Source: Candidatus Woesearchaeota archaeon
Lineage (GTDB): Archaea; Nanobdellota; Nanobdellia; Woesearchaeales; GW2011-AR15
Direction: 5' to 3'
DNA: 64,000 bases
Assembly: GCA_016928835.1 (NCBI GenBank)
Contig: JAFGJW010000001.1
Span: 86,306 to 150,305 of the forward strand
Positions 29,275 to 39,605 of this stretch are shown here, piece by piece. The position numbers and the translations under genes were made by a program. The notes under the pieces are model-generated. The model ran no database searches. It had not been told where the DNA came from and saw only the letters and a list, made by a program, of their open reading frames with translations. How positions within the stretch are numbered: the first letter of the stretch is position 1; each line of letters begins with the position of its first letter.

Positions 29275-30774
29275 ATGAAAATAACAATTATTACTCCAAA
29301 CATTGTGACTCAGAAAGGAGATTTTTTTGGCACAGGAATTCCATATATCCCTTTTACAGCAACTTATCTTGCCGCATACCTCATACAAAATGGGCATGAT
29401 GCCATAATTATTGACTCTTTTGGTGAGGCGCCTATGAATATAAGAAATTCTGGTATGTTTTTCTACCAGGGACTTTCCCCTAAGGAGATAAAAAACAAAA
29501 TTCCTTCTGATACAGATATAATTGTTATCTCCGCAGAAAGGGTGGTTGCCCATCAATCCATAATGCAACTTCTTAAGTTATTTAAGCGATTTGAGCTTCC
29601 AATAATTGTTGTTGAAAATTCACAGGCAGTAAGTGCGTATTCTGTGCAAGAATTAGCTAAGATACTTCTTGATTTAGGGGCGAAATTTATTATAGCCGGT
29701 GAACCAGAATATCGTACTAAAGAGCTTATTGATTGCATTAAAAGATCAAAAGATCCAACTCATATTGATGGTTTAATATTCAAAAAAGGAAACAAGATGG
29801 CGGTAAACAAAGTCAAATCATTTATTGAAGATCTTGATGAGCTGCCTTTTCCAGCATGGCATTTGTTGCCAATGAAAAATTACTGGTCTCTTGGATATGC
29901 TCATGCTCCCCTTTCCTCTGAAAAATATTTACCTATACTCACTTCTAGGGGATGTCCTTATAATTGCAGATTTTGTGTCATCCCTACAACAAACCAGAAT
30001 AGATGGAGACCTCGGAGCCCTACTAATGTAGTTACTGAGATACAATATTTTCATGACAAGATGCAGGTGAAAGAATTTCATCTTGAGGATCTAAATCCCA
30101 CTGTCGATCAGGAACGTATAGTAAATATGTGCTGCGAGATTATTAAGCGTAAGCTGGACGTCATATGGAAAATTGGATCAGGTACTAAGCTTGACGCCCA
30201 TTTTACAAAAGAGACTATATCTTTAATGGCTAGGAGTGGATGTAAATACATTTCCTTTTCTCCAGAGTCGGGATCAAAGGAGCTTCTGTCAAAGATAGGC
30301 AAACCCTTTAACTATAATAGGGCCCTTAGATTAGTTAGACATATGAATCGATTAGGTATTATAACACAAGCATGCTTTGTACTTGGGTTTCCTGGAGAAA
30401 AGGCAGAAGACTTGGCAATGACAAAAGGATATATCAAAAAACTTACTAAATCAGGCATTGATGAGATCGCTCTTTTTATCTTCAGCCCGGTTCCTGGTTC
30501 ATATTTTTATACTCATATTAAAAAACGATTTATTAAAATAAACTCACTTACCTTTTCTCCCATATGGAGGAAGGATTTTAAGCAACTAAATAGTTTCAGG
30601 ACCAAGACGTATTTTTCTTTTTTTATTTGGAAACTTATGCATCATCCGCTGAAAATTTTCAGACAAGTATACGCATTAATTACTAGGAACTTCGTGACAA
30701 AAATGGAGATGACTTTTTTTAGGTTGATTAAAATTAGAACAAGGTATCTGCTTTCAAGAATTCACAGAACTTGA
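29275..30774 (+). CDS. cobalamin-binding (class B) radical SAM enzyme
   Basis: N-terminal B12-binding-like Rossmann domain followed by a CxxxCxxC cluster (SRGCPYNCRFC) and a radical-SAM core. Confidence 0.8.
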   Translation: MKITIITPNIVTQKGDFFGTGIPYIPFTATYLAAYLIQNGHDAIIIDSFGEAPMNIRNSGMFFYQGLSPKEIKNKIPSDTDIIVISAERVVAHQSIMQLLKLFKRFELPIIVVENSQAVSAYSVQELAKILLDLGAKFIIAGEPEYRTKELIDCIKRSKDPTHIDGLIFKKGNKMAVNKVKSFIEDLDELPFPAWHLLPMKNYWSLGYAHAPLSSEKYLPILTSRGCPYNCRFCVIPTTNQNRWRPRSPTNVVTEIQYFHDKMQVKEFHLEDLNPTVDQERIVNMCCEIIKRKLDVIWKIGSGTKLDAHFTKETISLMARSGCKYISFSPESGSKELLSKIGKPFNYNRALRLVRHMNRLGIITQACFVLGFPGEKAEDLAMTKGYIKKLTKSGIDEIALFIFSPVPGSYFYTHIKKRFIKINSLTFSPIWRKDFKQLNSFRTKTYFSFFIWKLMHHPLKIFRQVYALITRNFVTKMEMTFFRLIKIRTRYLLSRIHRT

Positions 30775-30780
30775 GCAAGG

Positions 30781-32241
30781 TTATTTCGTCCATGCTTCGA
30801 TTTGTAAAATTAGTCCAAAAGCGCCTAGAGTCAATTCTTTGAACTCATGGAACGAGGATAGTGATCGTAGAATATTCCATATTGCTTTTGGTCTAAAATA
30901 GAATCTTCGATAAGCGCTGGCAATTGCTTTTTTTAGCTCTCCTTGTGTGAGATTAGAGTGAGGTAAAGGAGGATTAACACCAATACCAACAAAATTTTGC
31001 CAATCTTTTATCTTATCAACTGCATCACCTGAAAAACATTGATCAAACAGCTCAGTTCCAGGATAAGGGCATATCACATTGAAAAATGCCATTGTGGGAT
31101 TGGTGTCTAATGCAAATTTGATTGTGTTCTCAATAGTCTCCTTTGTCTCTCCAGGTGCACCAAATAAAAAGTTAGCTTGAGTTCTTAATCCCAATTTATT
31201 GGAGAGTTCAATCGCTTGCTTATTTAACTTTACTGTAGTGCCTTTCTTCATAATTTTCAGAATTTTCTGATCTCCAGATTCAATACCAAAATTGACTGTA
31301 TAGCATCCAGCTTTTTTCATTATCCTCAGCAAATCTTCAGTGATACTTGTAACCTTTGAGTAGCATGACCATTTAAGTTTCCTATTTAGTCCTTTTTCAA
31401 TCATGAGTTCGCAGATTTTCTTTGCTCTTTTAACATCGAAGGTAAAAGTATCATCCTCAAATCCAATATGGTTTATATTGTATTTTTTTATTAAATATTC
31501 AACCAGTTTAATTATGTATTCTGCTGAGTGAGCCCTATATCTCCTTCCATGGACTTTATGAGAGGCACAGTATATGCAGAAAGATGGACATCCTCTTGAG
31601 CTGATAATAGTTGCTGTTCTTGTACCTTTTGATTTATAAACATTGGGTTTGTACAGATTAAAATCAGTGAGATGATATGCAGGGAAAGGAAGCTTGTCCA
31701 TGTTTTCAATGGGAGGTCTAAACCCAGTATTGAATATTTTTCCTTCCTTCCCTCTGTATACAATGCCCCTTATTTCTTTGAGTTTTCTAATTTGGCCTTT
31801 GACATACTGGCATATGTCATTCATTATTTCCTCTCCTTCACCGATAGCAACAATATCTATCTCCTTTGCAACCATGAGAGATTGTTCTGGGAAAGAAGAC
31901 ACGTGAACCCCACCCATAACAATAATTGCATCCGAAACTCTCTTTGCAATTTTGGCGACTTCTACAGCGTTATTAAAGTTTGGTGTTGCACTAGTTATTC
32001 CAATTATGTCTGGTTTAATAAGCCGGATTGCTTTTTTGATATCTTTATGCTGCATATGTTGGGGTTCTGGATCTAGTAACTTTACTTTGTGACCTTTACT
32101 AATACAGTATGATGCAATATATCCGATGCCCATGGGAAAATACTTCCCCGCCGCAAGTTTTATTGGCCCATATAAATCTCTATGTGGAGCATTAATAAGT
32201 AGTAGACGAATTTCCCTGTCTTTTATGAATCTTTGTTTCAT
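30781..32241 (-). CDS. cobalamin-binding (class B) radical SAM enzyme
   Basis: SRGCPSFCIYCASH CxxxCxxC after an N-terminal B12-like domain. Clearly paralogous to the next gene (shared GIESG..LLKI..KGTT and FYFRPK blocks). Confidence 0.8.
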   Translation of the reverse strand: MKQRFIKDREIRLLLINAPHRDLYGPIKLAAGKYFPMGIGYIASYCISKGHKVKLLDPEPQHMQHKDIKKAIRLIKPDIIGITSATPNFNNAVEVAKIAKRVSDAIIVMGGVHVSSFPEQSLMVAKEIDIVAIGEGEEIMNDICQYVKGQIRKLKEIRGIVYRGKEGKIFNTGFRPPIENMDKLPFPAYHLTDFNLYKPNVYKSKGTRTATIISSRGCPSFCIYCASHKVHGRRYRAHSAEYIIKLVEYLIKKYNINHIGFEDDTFTFDVKRAKKICELMIEKGLNRKLKWSCYSKVTSITEDLLRIMKKAGCYTVNFGIESGDQKILKIMKKGTTVKLNKQAIELSNKLGLRTQANFLFGAPGETKETIENTIKFALDTNPTMAFFNVICPYPGTELFDQCFSGDAVDKIKDWQNFVGIGVNPPLPHSNLTQGELKKAIASAYRRFYFRPKAIWNILRSLSSFHEFKELTLGAFGLILQIEAWTK

Positions 32242-32289
32242 CTTCCAGCACGTTTCTTAATAATCTGTGATATGTCTTCGGGTATAAAA

Positions 32290-33801
32290 TTAGCTAAATG
32301 CAAACGCAAGTCTAAGGCCAGTTAGGTATCTTTTCATATCTTCCATAGACCTAATCTTTCGGAGATGTTTAAAAATATATTTTGGTCGAAAGTAGAATTC
32401 TCTATTTGCCCGTTTAATCATCTTCTCTACTTCTTTGCTGTTCTTATAACCAAATGGCACAAAAACCGCGGACTGTTGAGTGAATTCGTCATATCTCACT
32501 TTTAATGTTCCATATCTTTTTGCGTCTTCAAAGAGCTTTGTTCCAATGTGAGGTGTTGTAGCTGTGAACTGGGCATAGTCTAGATCTAATTCCTTGGCAA
32601 AATTTATTGTTCTCTTTGCGTGCTCTGGTGTCTCTCCTGGCAGTGCAAGCATAAATAATCCTCTTATCTCAATCCCATTTTTTTGTGTAAGGCGGACAGT
32701 TCTTCTAATGCTATCTAATGTTGTTCCCTTGTTAATTATTTTAAGTAGGTCTTCATTTCCTGACTCAATACCATACCATATACAGAAACAGCCAGCTTCC
32801 TTCATTTTTCTTAAGAGCGAATCATCTACTGTGTTAATATGGCTATAGCAATTCCAAATAATGTCCAGTTTCTCATTAATAATCAAATTGCATAGGTTTG
32901 TCATCCACTTTTTATTAATGGTGAGCGTGTCATCCCAGAAGGATATCTGCCTGGCCCCATACTTTTTGATAACAAATTTTATTTCCTCTATTACCTTTTT
33001 AGGGGAACGGAATCTTGCTTTATGACCAAAGGCTGCATGAGTTGAACAATAAGTACAGTTAAAAGGGCATCCCCTGCTTACCATCATATGTATTACAGGA
33101 AGCCTCTTGTATTCTATAGGCAAGGGGATACATTTGTCAATAGGTATGAGGTGTCTTGCGGGAAACGGTAGGATGTCCAGATTAGGTATAAGTTCTCTTG
33201 GTTCTGTAATTACAATCTTTTTTTTCTCTTTAAAGCCGATTCCCTTAATCTTATTTAGTGACTTATAATCTTTAACAACCTTTTCATAACTATAGCTCTT
33301 TTTGCGGAAAAAGTTCATAAGATTAAGTAGTGTGAGCTCACCCTCTCCAAAAATAAGAAAATCAATGCTGGGACAATCTTTGAAAGTATTTTTACGAAAT
33401 AGTGTAATGTGGTGGCCGCCCATGAGCAGAATTTTGTTGGGAAATTGTCTCTTAATTTTTCTGGCGTATCTAATACCTTTTGAATACATAGAAGTCAAAA
33501 CAGAAATGCCGATAACCTTGGGATCTCTTTTTCTGATGTAGTTTAAAATCTGTGTCATGTTAATATCCATTAGGATTGGCTCAATTACTTCAACATTATA
33601 TCTTTCCTCAATAAGGAATGCTGCCAAAGACAGTACACCAAGGGGGGGGAGAAATCCGCCTGCATTTCTCCTTACTTTTTTACCTGCAAATCGTTCCTTT
33701 TCACTTAAAGAAGGAAAAATCAACAAAAGATCAGTCTGCTCTGATTTCATTTTTTTAGATAAAAAAAGTTTCTTAAAAAATCTTTCGGTCGACCATGGCA
33801 A
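32290..33801 (-). CDS. cobalamin-binding (class B) radical SAM enzyme
   Basis: SRGCPFNCTYCSTH CxxxCxxC. Tandem paralog of 30781-32241. Confidence 0.8.
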   Translation of the reverse strand: MPWSTERFFKKLFLSKKMKSEQTDLLLIFPSLSEKERFAGKKVRRNAGGFLPPLGVLSLAAFLIEERYNVEVIEPILMDINMTQILNYIRKRDPKVIGISVLTSMYSKGIRYARKIKRQFPNKILLMGGHHITLFRKNTFKDCPSIDFLIFGEGELTLLNLMNFFRKKSYSYEKVVKDYKSLNKIKGIGFKEKKKIVITEPRELIPNLDILPFPARHLIPIDKCIPLPIEYKRLPVIHMMVSRGCPFNCTYCSTHAAFGHKARFRSPKKVIEEIKFVIKKYGARQISFWDDTLTINKKWMTNLCNLIINEKLDIIWNCYSHINTVDDSLLRKMKEAGCFCIWYGIESGNEDLLKIINKGTTLDSIRRTVRLTQKNGIEIRGLFMLALPGETPEHAKRTINFAKELDLDYAQFTATTPHIGTKLFEDAKRYGTLKVRYDEFTQQSAVFVPFGYKNSKEVEKMIKRANREFYFRPKYIFKHLRKIRSMEDMKRYLTGLRLAFAFS

Positions 33802-33890
33802 ATTATATAAACATAGGAATTTTTATCCATTCAATTCATGCGAATATGGAGTTTAATATTGCTTTGTTTACTTTTAAGCATGATTGAACA

Positions 33891-34577
33891 ATGAAAGTAT
33901 CAATAATTATCCCTGTATACAATGAATATAAAACCTTACCTGTTATTTTAAGGAAAGTTCAGAATCTTAAGATAAATAAAGAGATTATTGTCGTAGATGA
34001 TGGGTCTAATGACGGAACAAGAGAATTTTTAAGGAGATACCAGGATAGTGCCAGAGATAATCTGAAGATACTTTTTCATAAAAAAAATCAGGGGAAGGGA
34101 AGAGCTATTAGAACAGCTATTCCTTATACTACCGGTGATATAATCCTTATCCAGGACGCAGATCTTGAGCTGGATCCATCAAATATTTATGATATTGTAG
34201 CACCAATCATGGATCAAAAAACAAAGGTAGTATATGGAAACAGGTTTTTAGGAGATGCTCCTGAGATTCCTATAACTAGCAGATTTGCGAATTTTGCAGT
34301 AACATTTGCAGCCAATTCACTCTACGGAGTTAATATAGGTGATGAAGCAGCTGGTTATAAGGCGTTTAGGGGGGAGATACTAAGAAATATGAATCTCAAG
34401 TGCGAGAGATTTGAGTTTTGTCCTGAAGTAACGGCAAAATTGGCTAAACAGGGACACACAATTCATGAAGTGCCGATTTCTTTTTCTCCTAGGACTCTTG
34501 CAGAGGGTAAGAAAGTAGGGTGGAAGGATGGCGTCCATGCACTCTGGACACTCTTGAAATACAAATTCATTGATTGA
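33891..34577 (+). CDS. glycosyltransferase family 2 (dolichyl-phosphate sugar synthase-like)
   Basis: GT-A motifs (IIIPVYNE, VVDDGSNDGT, QDADLE as DxD) in a 228-aa soluble protein. Confidence 0.8.
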   Translation: MKVSIIIPVYNEYKTLPVILRKVQNLKINKEIIVVDDGSNDGTREFLRRYQDSARDNLKILFHKKNQGKGRAIRTAIPYTTGDIILIQDADLELDPSNIYDIVAPIMDQKTKVVYGNRFLGDAPEIPITSRFANFAVTFAANSLYGVNIGDEAAGYKAFRGEILRNMNLKCERFEFCPEVTAKLAKQGHTIHEVPISFSPRTLAEGKKVGWKDGVHALWTLLKYKFID

Positions 34578-35518
34578 CAATGCCACTCAGTAAAGAAGAA
34601 AACGTAGTTTGCAACCTTTGCGGTGCAAATGATTATCGCGTTGTGTATCCAAAGCTGAGAGATGCATCTGATACTCCACTGCATGAGAAATATTCTGCTT
34701 CAAAAGGAGTTCTTTGTACAGATCAGATAGTGCAGTGCAATAAATGCTCTCTTGTCTATATAAATCCTAGGCCAACTGCAGACCTAATTGTGAGTGCGTG
34801 TAAAAAAGGAAAGGACGAGACATATGTATCTCAGGAAAAAGCTAGGCTAAAGACTTTTTCAAAAGAACTTGCTTTAATACATAATAATGCTCAAAAAGGA
34901 AAGCTCTTAGATATAGGTTGTGCTGCTGGTTATTTTGTGAAAATAGCGCAATCCCATGGCTGGGAAGTAGAAGGCATTGAGCCCAACAAGTGGTTATGTA
35001 ATTATGGAAATAAGAAATTCGGACTTAGCAATAAGGCTATTACTCTAGAAAAGGCCAAATTCAAAATAGAAAGATTTGATGTAGTTACTTTGTGGGATGT
35101 AATTGAGCATGTGCCCGATCCAATAGTTACTCTTAAGAATGTTCATAGGGTTCTTAAACCAAAGGGACATATTGTACTAAGTACTCCAGATTTTGACAGC
35201 ATTTTTTCAAAGATGTTCAGAAGGCGGTGGTGGTTCCTATTGTCGCATCACCTCTTTTATTTCACTCCTTTAACAATTAAAAAGATGCTGTTTAAATCAG
35301 GGTTTAGAGTGATAAAGATCAAAAAGCATTGGCAGTACATGGAGATAGGATATATGATTAGAATGATGAAGAATCTAAATAAAGGATTCTTTTTGGGTTC
35401 AGTATTTGATTTATTTGAAAAAGTTCTAAACAGAGTCAAACTCAATAATTTTATGATACCTTATTATGCAGGTCAGATGGACATTGTCGCTAGAAAAACA
35501 AAAAGAAAACAGATATAA
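34574..35518 (+). CDS. class I SAM-dependent methyltransferase with N-terminal zinc ribbon
   Basis: CNLCG...CNKC ribbon followed by SAM motif I (LLDIGCAAGYF) and motif II (VVTLWDVIEHV). Confidence 0.7.
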   Translation: MTMPLSKEENVVCNLCGANDYRVVYPKLRDASDTPLHEKYSASKGVLCTDQIVQCNKCSLVYINPRPTADLIVSACKKGKDETYVSQEKARLKTFSKELALIHNNAQKGKLLDIGCAAGYFVKIAQSHGWEVEGIEPNKWLCNYGNKKFGLSNKAITLEKAKFKIERFDVVTLWDVIEHVPDPIVTLKNVHRVLKPKGHIVLSTPDFDSIFSKMFRRRWWFLLSHHLFYFTPLTIKKMLFKSGFRVIKIKKHWQYMEIGYMIRMMKNLNKGFFLGSVFDLFEKVLNRVKLNNFMIPYYAGQMDIVARKTKRKQI

Positions 35519-36897
35519 TGACAAAAATAGTAATTTTGGGGGCAGGACTATCGGGATTAAGCACAGGGTATTTCCTAGCTAAACTAGGCTACAGAGTTAT
35601 TATCCTCGAAAAAGAGAATTATTTAGGAGGATTATCTACTACATTCCGCTATAAGGAGTTCTTGCTTGACCTGGGTCCTCATAAACTATTTTCTCAACTT
35701 GAAGTAATAGATGAGATAAAACGATTAATGTCAGGTAAATTACATGAAATACCCAAAAAAAGCAGAATTAGATTAAGGGGAAAGTTCTATGATTTTCCTG
35801 TTAGTTTTCAGCAGATACTATTTGGACTTAATCCTATAATAAGTCTTAGACTTATGATGAGCTATTGCATGGCATTTATTCAGGGAAAAAAGAACAGCAA
35901 TTATGAAACCTATCTTGAAAGCAGATTTGGAAAGACAGGCTATCTTCTCTTGTTTAGACCTTATGCCGAAAAGGTATGGGGGACTCCTGAAAAATTATCA
36001 GCAGACTTAGCAGCTTCTAGAGTAGCCATACCTTCATTGTTTGAGATAATAAAGCGCCTTTTTTTTGGGGATGAAGGAAAAGAGGTAATTGATGCTAAAA
36101 GCTTTTTATACCCAAAAAAAGGGATTATAGAGCTCTCAAAAAGCTTTGCACGGGCTGTGAAGAAAAGGTCTGGGCAAATAATATTTAATGCAGAAATCAC
36201 AGAAATCCAGTTAGAAAACAATAAGATATCAACAATTAAATACAAAAAGAAAAACAAGAGTTTTAATCTTTCACCTGATATTCTTATCTCGACTATCCCG
36301 TTAAAATCTTTTACTAGGTACATTAAGACCACGCCTTATTCTGTACGCAGAGCTGTAAAACATCTTAAATTCTCCGACCTGTCAATAGTATTTATTATTG
36401 TTAATAAACCAAGGCTTTTTTCTGATAACTGGATATTCTTTCCAGAGCAGGAATTTAGCTTTAACAGGATTTCTGAGCAAAAGGGGTTCAGTTCACATAT
36501 GGGTCCCAAGGATAAAACAGTACTTATGGTTGAAGTGACTAGAAGTGATATACTTAGAAAACCAAACCAGGAGATAATAAATAGAGTGTTGAGAGATCTG
36601 CATAATGCTCATATATTAAAGAAAAGAGATGTGCAGGAGACATTTATCAGAAGAATGAAGGAAGTGTATCCAATTTATGATGTTAATTACAGGAGAAATA
36701 TTGAAGAAGTCTTTTCTTTTCTTGATTCCATTAAAAATTTTTATTCTGTTGGAAGACAAGGTGCATTTAGTTATTCTGGTATGGTAGATTGTGTTGATAT
36801 GGGTTTGACTACCGCAAATTTTATTAATTCCAGTAAATCCCAAAATTCCTGGAAAAAAGTTCGTCAGAAATTTTACAATTATCAGGTTATTGATTAA
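35518..36897 (+). CDS. FAD/NAD(P)-binding oxidoreductase (amine-oxidase / UDP-galactopyranose-mutase-like)
   Basis: N-terminal dinucleotide fold (KIVILGAGLSGLSTGYFLAKLGYRVIILEKENYLGG). Confidence 0.6.
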   Translation: MTKIVILGAGLSGLSTGYFLAKLGYRVIILEKENYLGGLSTTFRYKEFLLDLGPHKLFSQLEVIDEIKRLMSGKLHEIPKKSRIRLRGKFYDFPVSFQQILFGLNPIISLRLMMSYCMAFIQGKKNSNYETYLESRFGKTGYLLLFRPYAEKVWGTPEKLSADLAASRVAIPSLFEIIKRLFFGDEGKEVIDAKSFLYPKKGIIELSKSFARAVKKRSGQIIFNAEITEIQLENNKISTIKYKKKNKSFNLSPDILISTIPLKSFTRYIKTTPYSVRRAVKHLKFSDLSIVFIIVNKPRLFSDNWIFFPEQEFSFNRISEQKGFSSHMGPKDKTVLMVEVTRSDILRKPNQEIINRVLRDLHNAHILKKRDVQETFIRRMKEVYPIYDVNYRRNIEEVFSFLDSIKNFYSVGRQGAFSYSGMVDCVDMGLTTANFINSSKSQNSWKKVRQKFYNYQVID

Positions 36898-36899
36898 AA

Positions 36900-38378
36900 A
36901 TGGGAAAAAAATATTCTAATTATTTATTAATTACACTAATGCTGATCCTAGCTGCGCTTCCTTTTCTAATACAGCTTCCTCAGATCTATCTTAAGAATAA
37001 AACTTTTTTAGGTTTTATAGACCATCCTAGATATATGGCGCAAGCAGAATTCATTAGGTATAGGTTTATTCATCCCTGGGCTACACAGGATAAAGGTCTG
37101 ATTGGAGATCCGAATCTGGGTTCAACACCTCTGAATTTGTTTATTGGATTCATCAGCATCTTAACTGGAATTGATGTTGTTATTCTGGTTTTCCTTGCAC
37201 AGATTACCGGTACCTTCCTTTTTTTGTACGGAGCAAAAAAATTGATCGATGCATTTGACGTTGAAAATGCATTGTATGCTTTCCTACTGCTGATTTTAAC
37301 TCCGGGAATTGGTGGTATTGCTAGAGCCTTATTCTCCAAAAATCATGCAGTATGGGTTAATATTGGCACAGCGTATTCTCCGCATGAAAGTCTTGCCATT
37401 GGTTTTGGGTTGCTGGTAATATCCTTTTTAGTAAAAAACCAAACGATAAAGTCGACGTTAATTGCTACCTTAATGTTATCTCTGTCAGTATTAATTCATC
37501 CTACAACAGGTCTGATTTTGTTGGGACTAAGTTTAGTATACCTAATAATTGAAAAGAGAAAACTCAGTCAATTTACCATTATGATAGCGTTATTAGCAGC
37601 CATTCCATGGATGATCTTCACGAGAAAATACAATGGATTTTCTTTTGGCATTTGCGACTATGTTTCAGTATCGAATCTAGTCCTCCATATTGGAGGATGG
37701 ATACTCAATTTTGGACATTTATTTCTTCTTTCTCTCATACCTTTTTGGAGAGTGTATACTAAGAGTGAAAAAGGAACAATAAAACTTGATTTCATAAACC
37801 TATGGATCATAGTTTTTCTACTTTTCAGCCTGTCTCCAGAAACTAAGTATGCCATAATGAAAGACGTATACTTTTATCTCTTACTTACTATCCCTCTCTC
37901 ACTCAGAGCAGCACAAGGAATTAGGATCATCGAAGAAAATTTATTTATACCTGCACAAATCATTCTAATTATTCTTATAATCTTTAGTATTCCTTCGCTC
38001 TATTATATTTATGTTGTGACTGATGATAAAGTAAATCTTTTTGATGAGGATGTATCTAATGCACTTATTGCTCTTAGGGAGTATCCAATGGGGGTAGCTT
38101 TCGGTCCAATTGATATTGCTCATGCAATTCCTGTACTTGGAATAAAGAGGACTCTATGGGAAGAGAATATAATTGATATAAAAGGCTGTAATAAGTTAAT
38201 GACAGAGTACCAGGAGATTAATGATCCTAATGTCTCCCAAAAAGAAAAAGAGAAGATTCTGAAACAATATGGTGTGGGTTACTTCATCACTGAACTGAGC
38301 ACCAGACCTTATGATAGTATGAAATTGCTATATAATACTGAGAGATGGTATGTCTATAAGGTGGATTTAAGTAACTGA
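36900..38378 (+). CDS. polytopic membrane protein with C-terminal soluble domain (possible GT-C-type glycosyltransferase or glycan polymerase)
   Basis: About 10-11 TM segments over approx 370 aa, then an approx 120-aa hydrophilic tail. No WWDYG motif. The call rests on glycan-locus context. Confidence 0.35.
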   Translation: MGKKYSNYLLITLMLILAALPFLIQLPQIYLKNKTFLGFIDHPRYMAQAEFIRYRFIHPWATQDKGLIGDPNLGSTPLNLFIGFISILTGIDVVILVFLAQITGTFLFLYGAKKLIDAFDVENALYAFLLLILTPGIGGIARALFSKNHAVWVNIGTAYSPHESLAIGFGLLVISFLVKNQTIKSTLIATLMLSLSVLIHPTTGLILLGLSLVYLIIEKRKLSQFTIMIALLAAIPWMIFTRKYNGFSFGICDYVSVSNLVLHIGGWILNFGHLFLLSLIPFWRVYTKSEKGTIKLDFINLWIIVFLLFSLSPETKYAIMKDVYFYLLLTIPLSLRAAQGIRIIEENLFIPAQIILIILIIFSIPSLYYIYVVTDDKVNLFDEDVSNALIALREYPMGVAFGPIDIAHAIPVLGIKRTLWEENIIDIKGCNKLMTEYQEINDPNVSQKEKEKILKQYGVGYFITELSTRPYDSMKLLYNTERWYVYKVDLSN

Positions 38379-38399
38379 GAACTAATTGATTACCCCATA

Positions 38400-39599
38400 T
38401 TATTTAAGCAAGTTGATTGATTCAGTATAACTCTTCATTTTGATTTCTTCACTAAACCTCAACAATTTTTTAGCAAAATTACTATAATCCAGCGGCTTTA
38501 CCTTTTTTCTGGCAGTCTCTGCAATATTCTTTCTTGCTTGTGGATTGTCTAATAAATATTGGATTCCAGTTATAAGCCCCTTAACATCTCCCCTTCTATA
38601 AATATAACCTTCTTTAAGATGAGTAATCACTTCACGCATTCCATCCATGTCACTTGTAACTACTGGGGTTCCTGCTGCCATTGCCTCAAATATAATATTT
38701 GGAATCATTTCATTAAGCGAGCATACGACTAATACATCCGAGGAGGCATAATAGTCAGCCATCTTGTCCCAAGGAATTCTGCCGACTGATGTTATACGTT
38801 TAGAACACCAGCCAGGTACATCCCACTTAAACCTATCCCCAACATGCAAAAGCCGGACATTTGGATTTCTCTTCATTATCTCTGGAAGCGCCTTTTCAAG
38901 GTGGATTATACCTTTCCTGATTTTTTCTGTGCCTGCAGAAACAAAAAGAAGTTTTATTCCTGGAACATCTATTTTCTTACCAGCACTGAATTCTCTATAT
39001 CTTAAACCTGAATGTGGTATAAAATAAGGTTTGTTCTTGCCCCCATAAGACCTAACCACGTGGTTTCTGCTTTCCAAAGATGATGATATATAACCAATTG
39101 CATTTTTTGCGCATCTAAGTTCCATTAGATGCTGCAAATAAAAATGAATAAATCTGGCCAATCTTGTTAGCATTGATACATGATGCTTAGCAATTTCCAT
39201 GTTTTTTAAAAAAACGAGTGCAGGCTGCCCTATTCTTAAGACATATTTATATCCTTTAAGAAAAAAAGCAGCCCTGCTGTTAACTATAATTAGGTCTCTT
39301 TCACCAGGAGGATTCTCCCTAAAATATTTTCTAATTTTCCTGCTCAGAAAAATATATTCCTTATTCATGTTCATTATAGGCAACTTGAACAAGGGGATTG
39401 GAAATCTCTTAAGACTGGCATACGGGAATTTTTGTCTGAGAGGCAGTTTCTTATCAATTTGTCCACATAGAATTACTACTTTGTAACCTTGGCTATTTGC
39501 ATACCTTGACAATTGCTCAAACATTCCGGCATATGAGCCGCTATTTGGTGTGAAATGACGGCAAATAAGGTATAGTCTACTATTCATATTATTATTCAT
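38400..39599 (-). CDS. glycosyltransferase family 4 (GT-B)
   Basis: Paralog of 25377-26561 with long co-linear identity (LLFVSAGTEKIRKGIIHLEK ... EMIPNIIFEAMAAGTPVVTSD). Confidence 0.75.
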   Translation of the reverse strand: MNNNMNSRLYLICRHFTPNSGSYAGMFEQLSRYANSQGYKVVILCGQIDKKLPLRQKFPYASLKRFPIPLFKLPIMNMNKEYIFLSRKIRKYFRENPPGERDLIIVNSRAAFFLKGYKYVLRIGQPALVFLKNMEIAKHHVSMLTRLARFIHFYLQHLMELRCAKNAIGYISSSLESRNHVVRSYGGKNKPYFIPHSGLRYREFSAGKKIDVPGIKLLFVSAGTEKIRKGIIHLEKALPEIMKRNPNVRLLHVGDRFKWDVPGWCSKRITSVGRIPWDKMADYYASSDVLVVCSLNEMIPNIIFEAMAAGTPVVTSDMDGMREVITHLKEGYIYRRGDVKGLITGIQYLLDNPQARKNIAETARKKVKPLDYSNFAKKLLRFSEEIKMKSYTESINLLK

Positions 39600-39605
39600 A
39601 TTATC

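Noticed and set aside
36900-38378. Calling the 492-aa membrane protein an AglB/Stt3 oligosaccharyltransferase
   Set aside because: No WWDYG or DK/MI motifs were found and it is much shorter than AglB. It is left as a generic GT-C/polymerase-like membrane protein.
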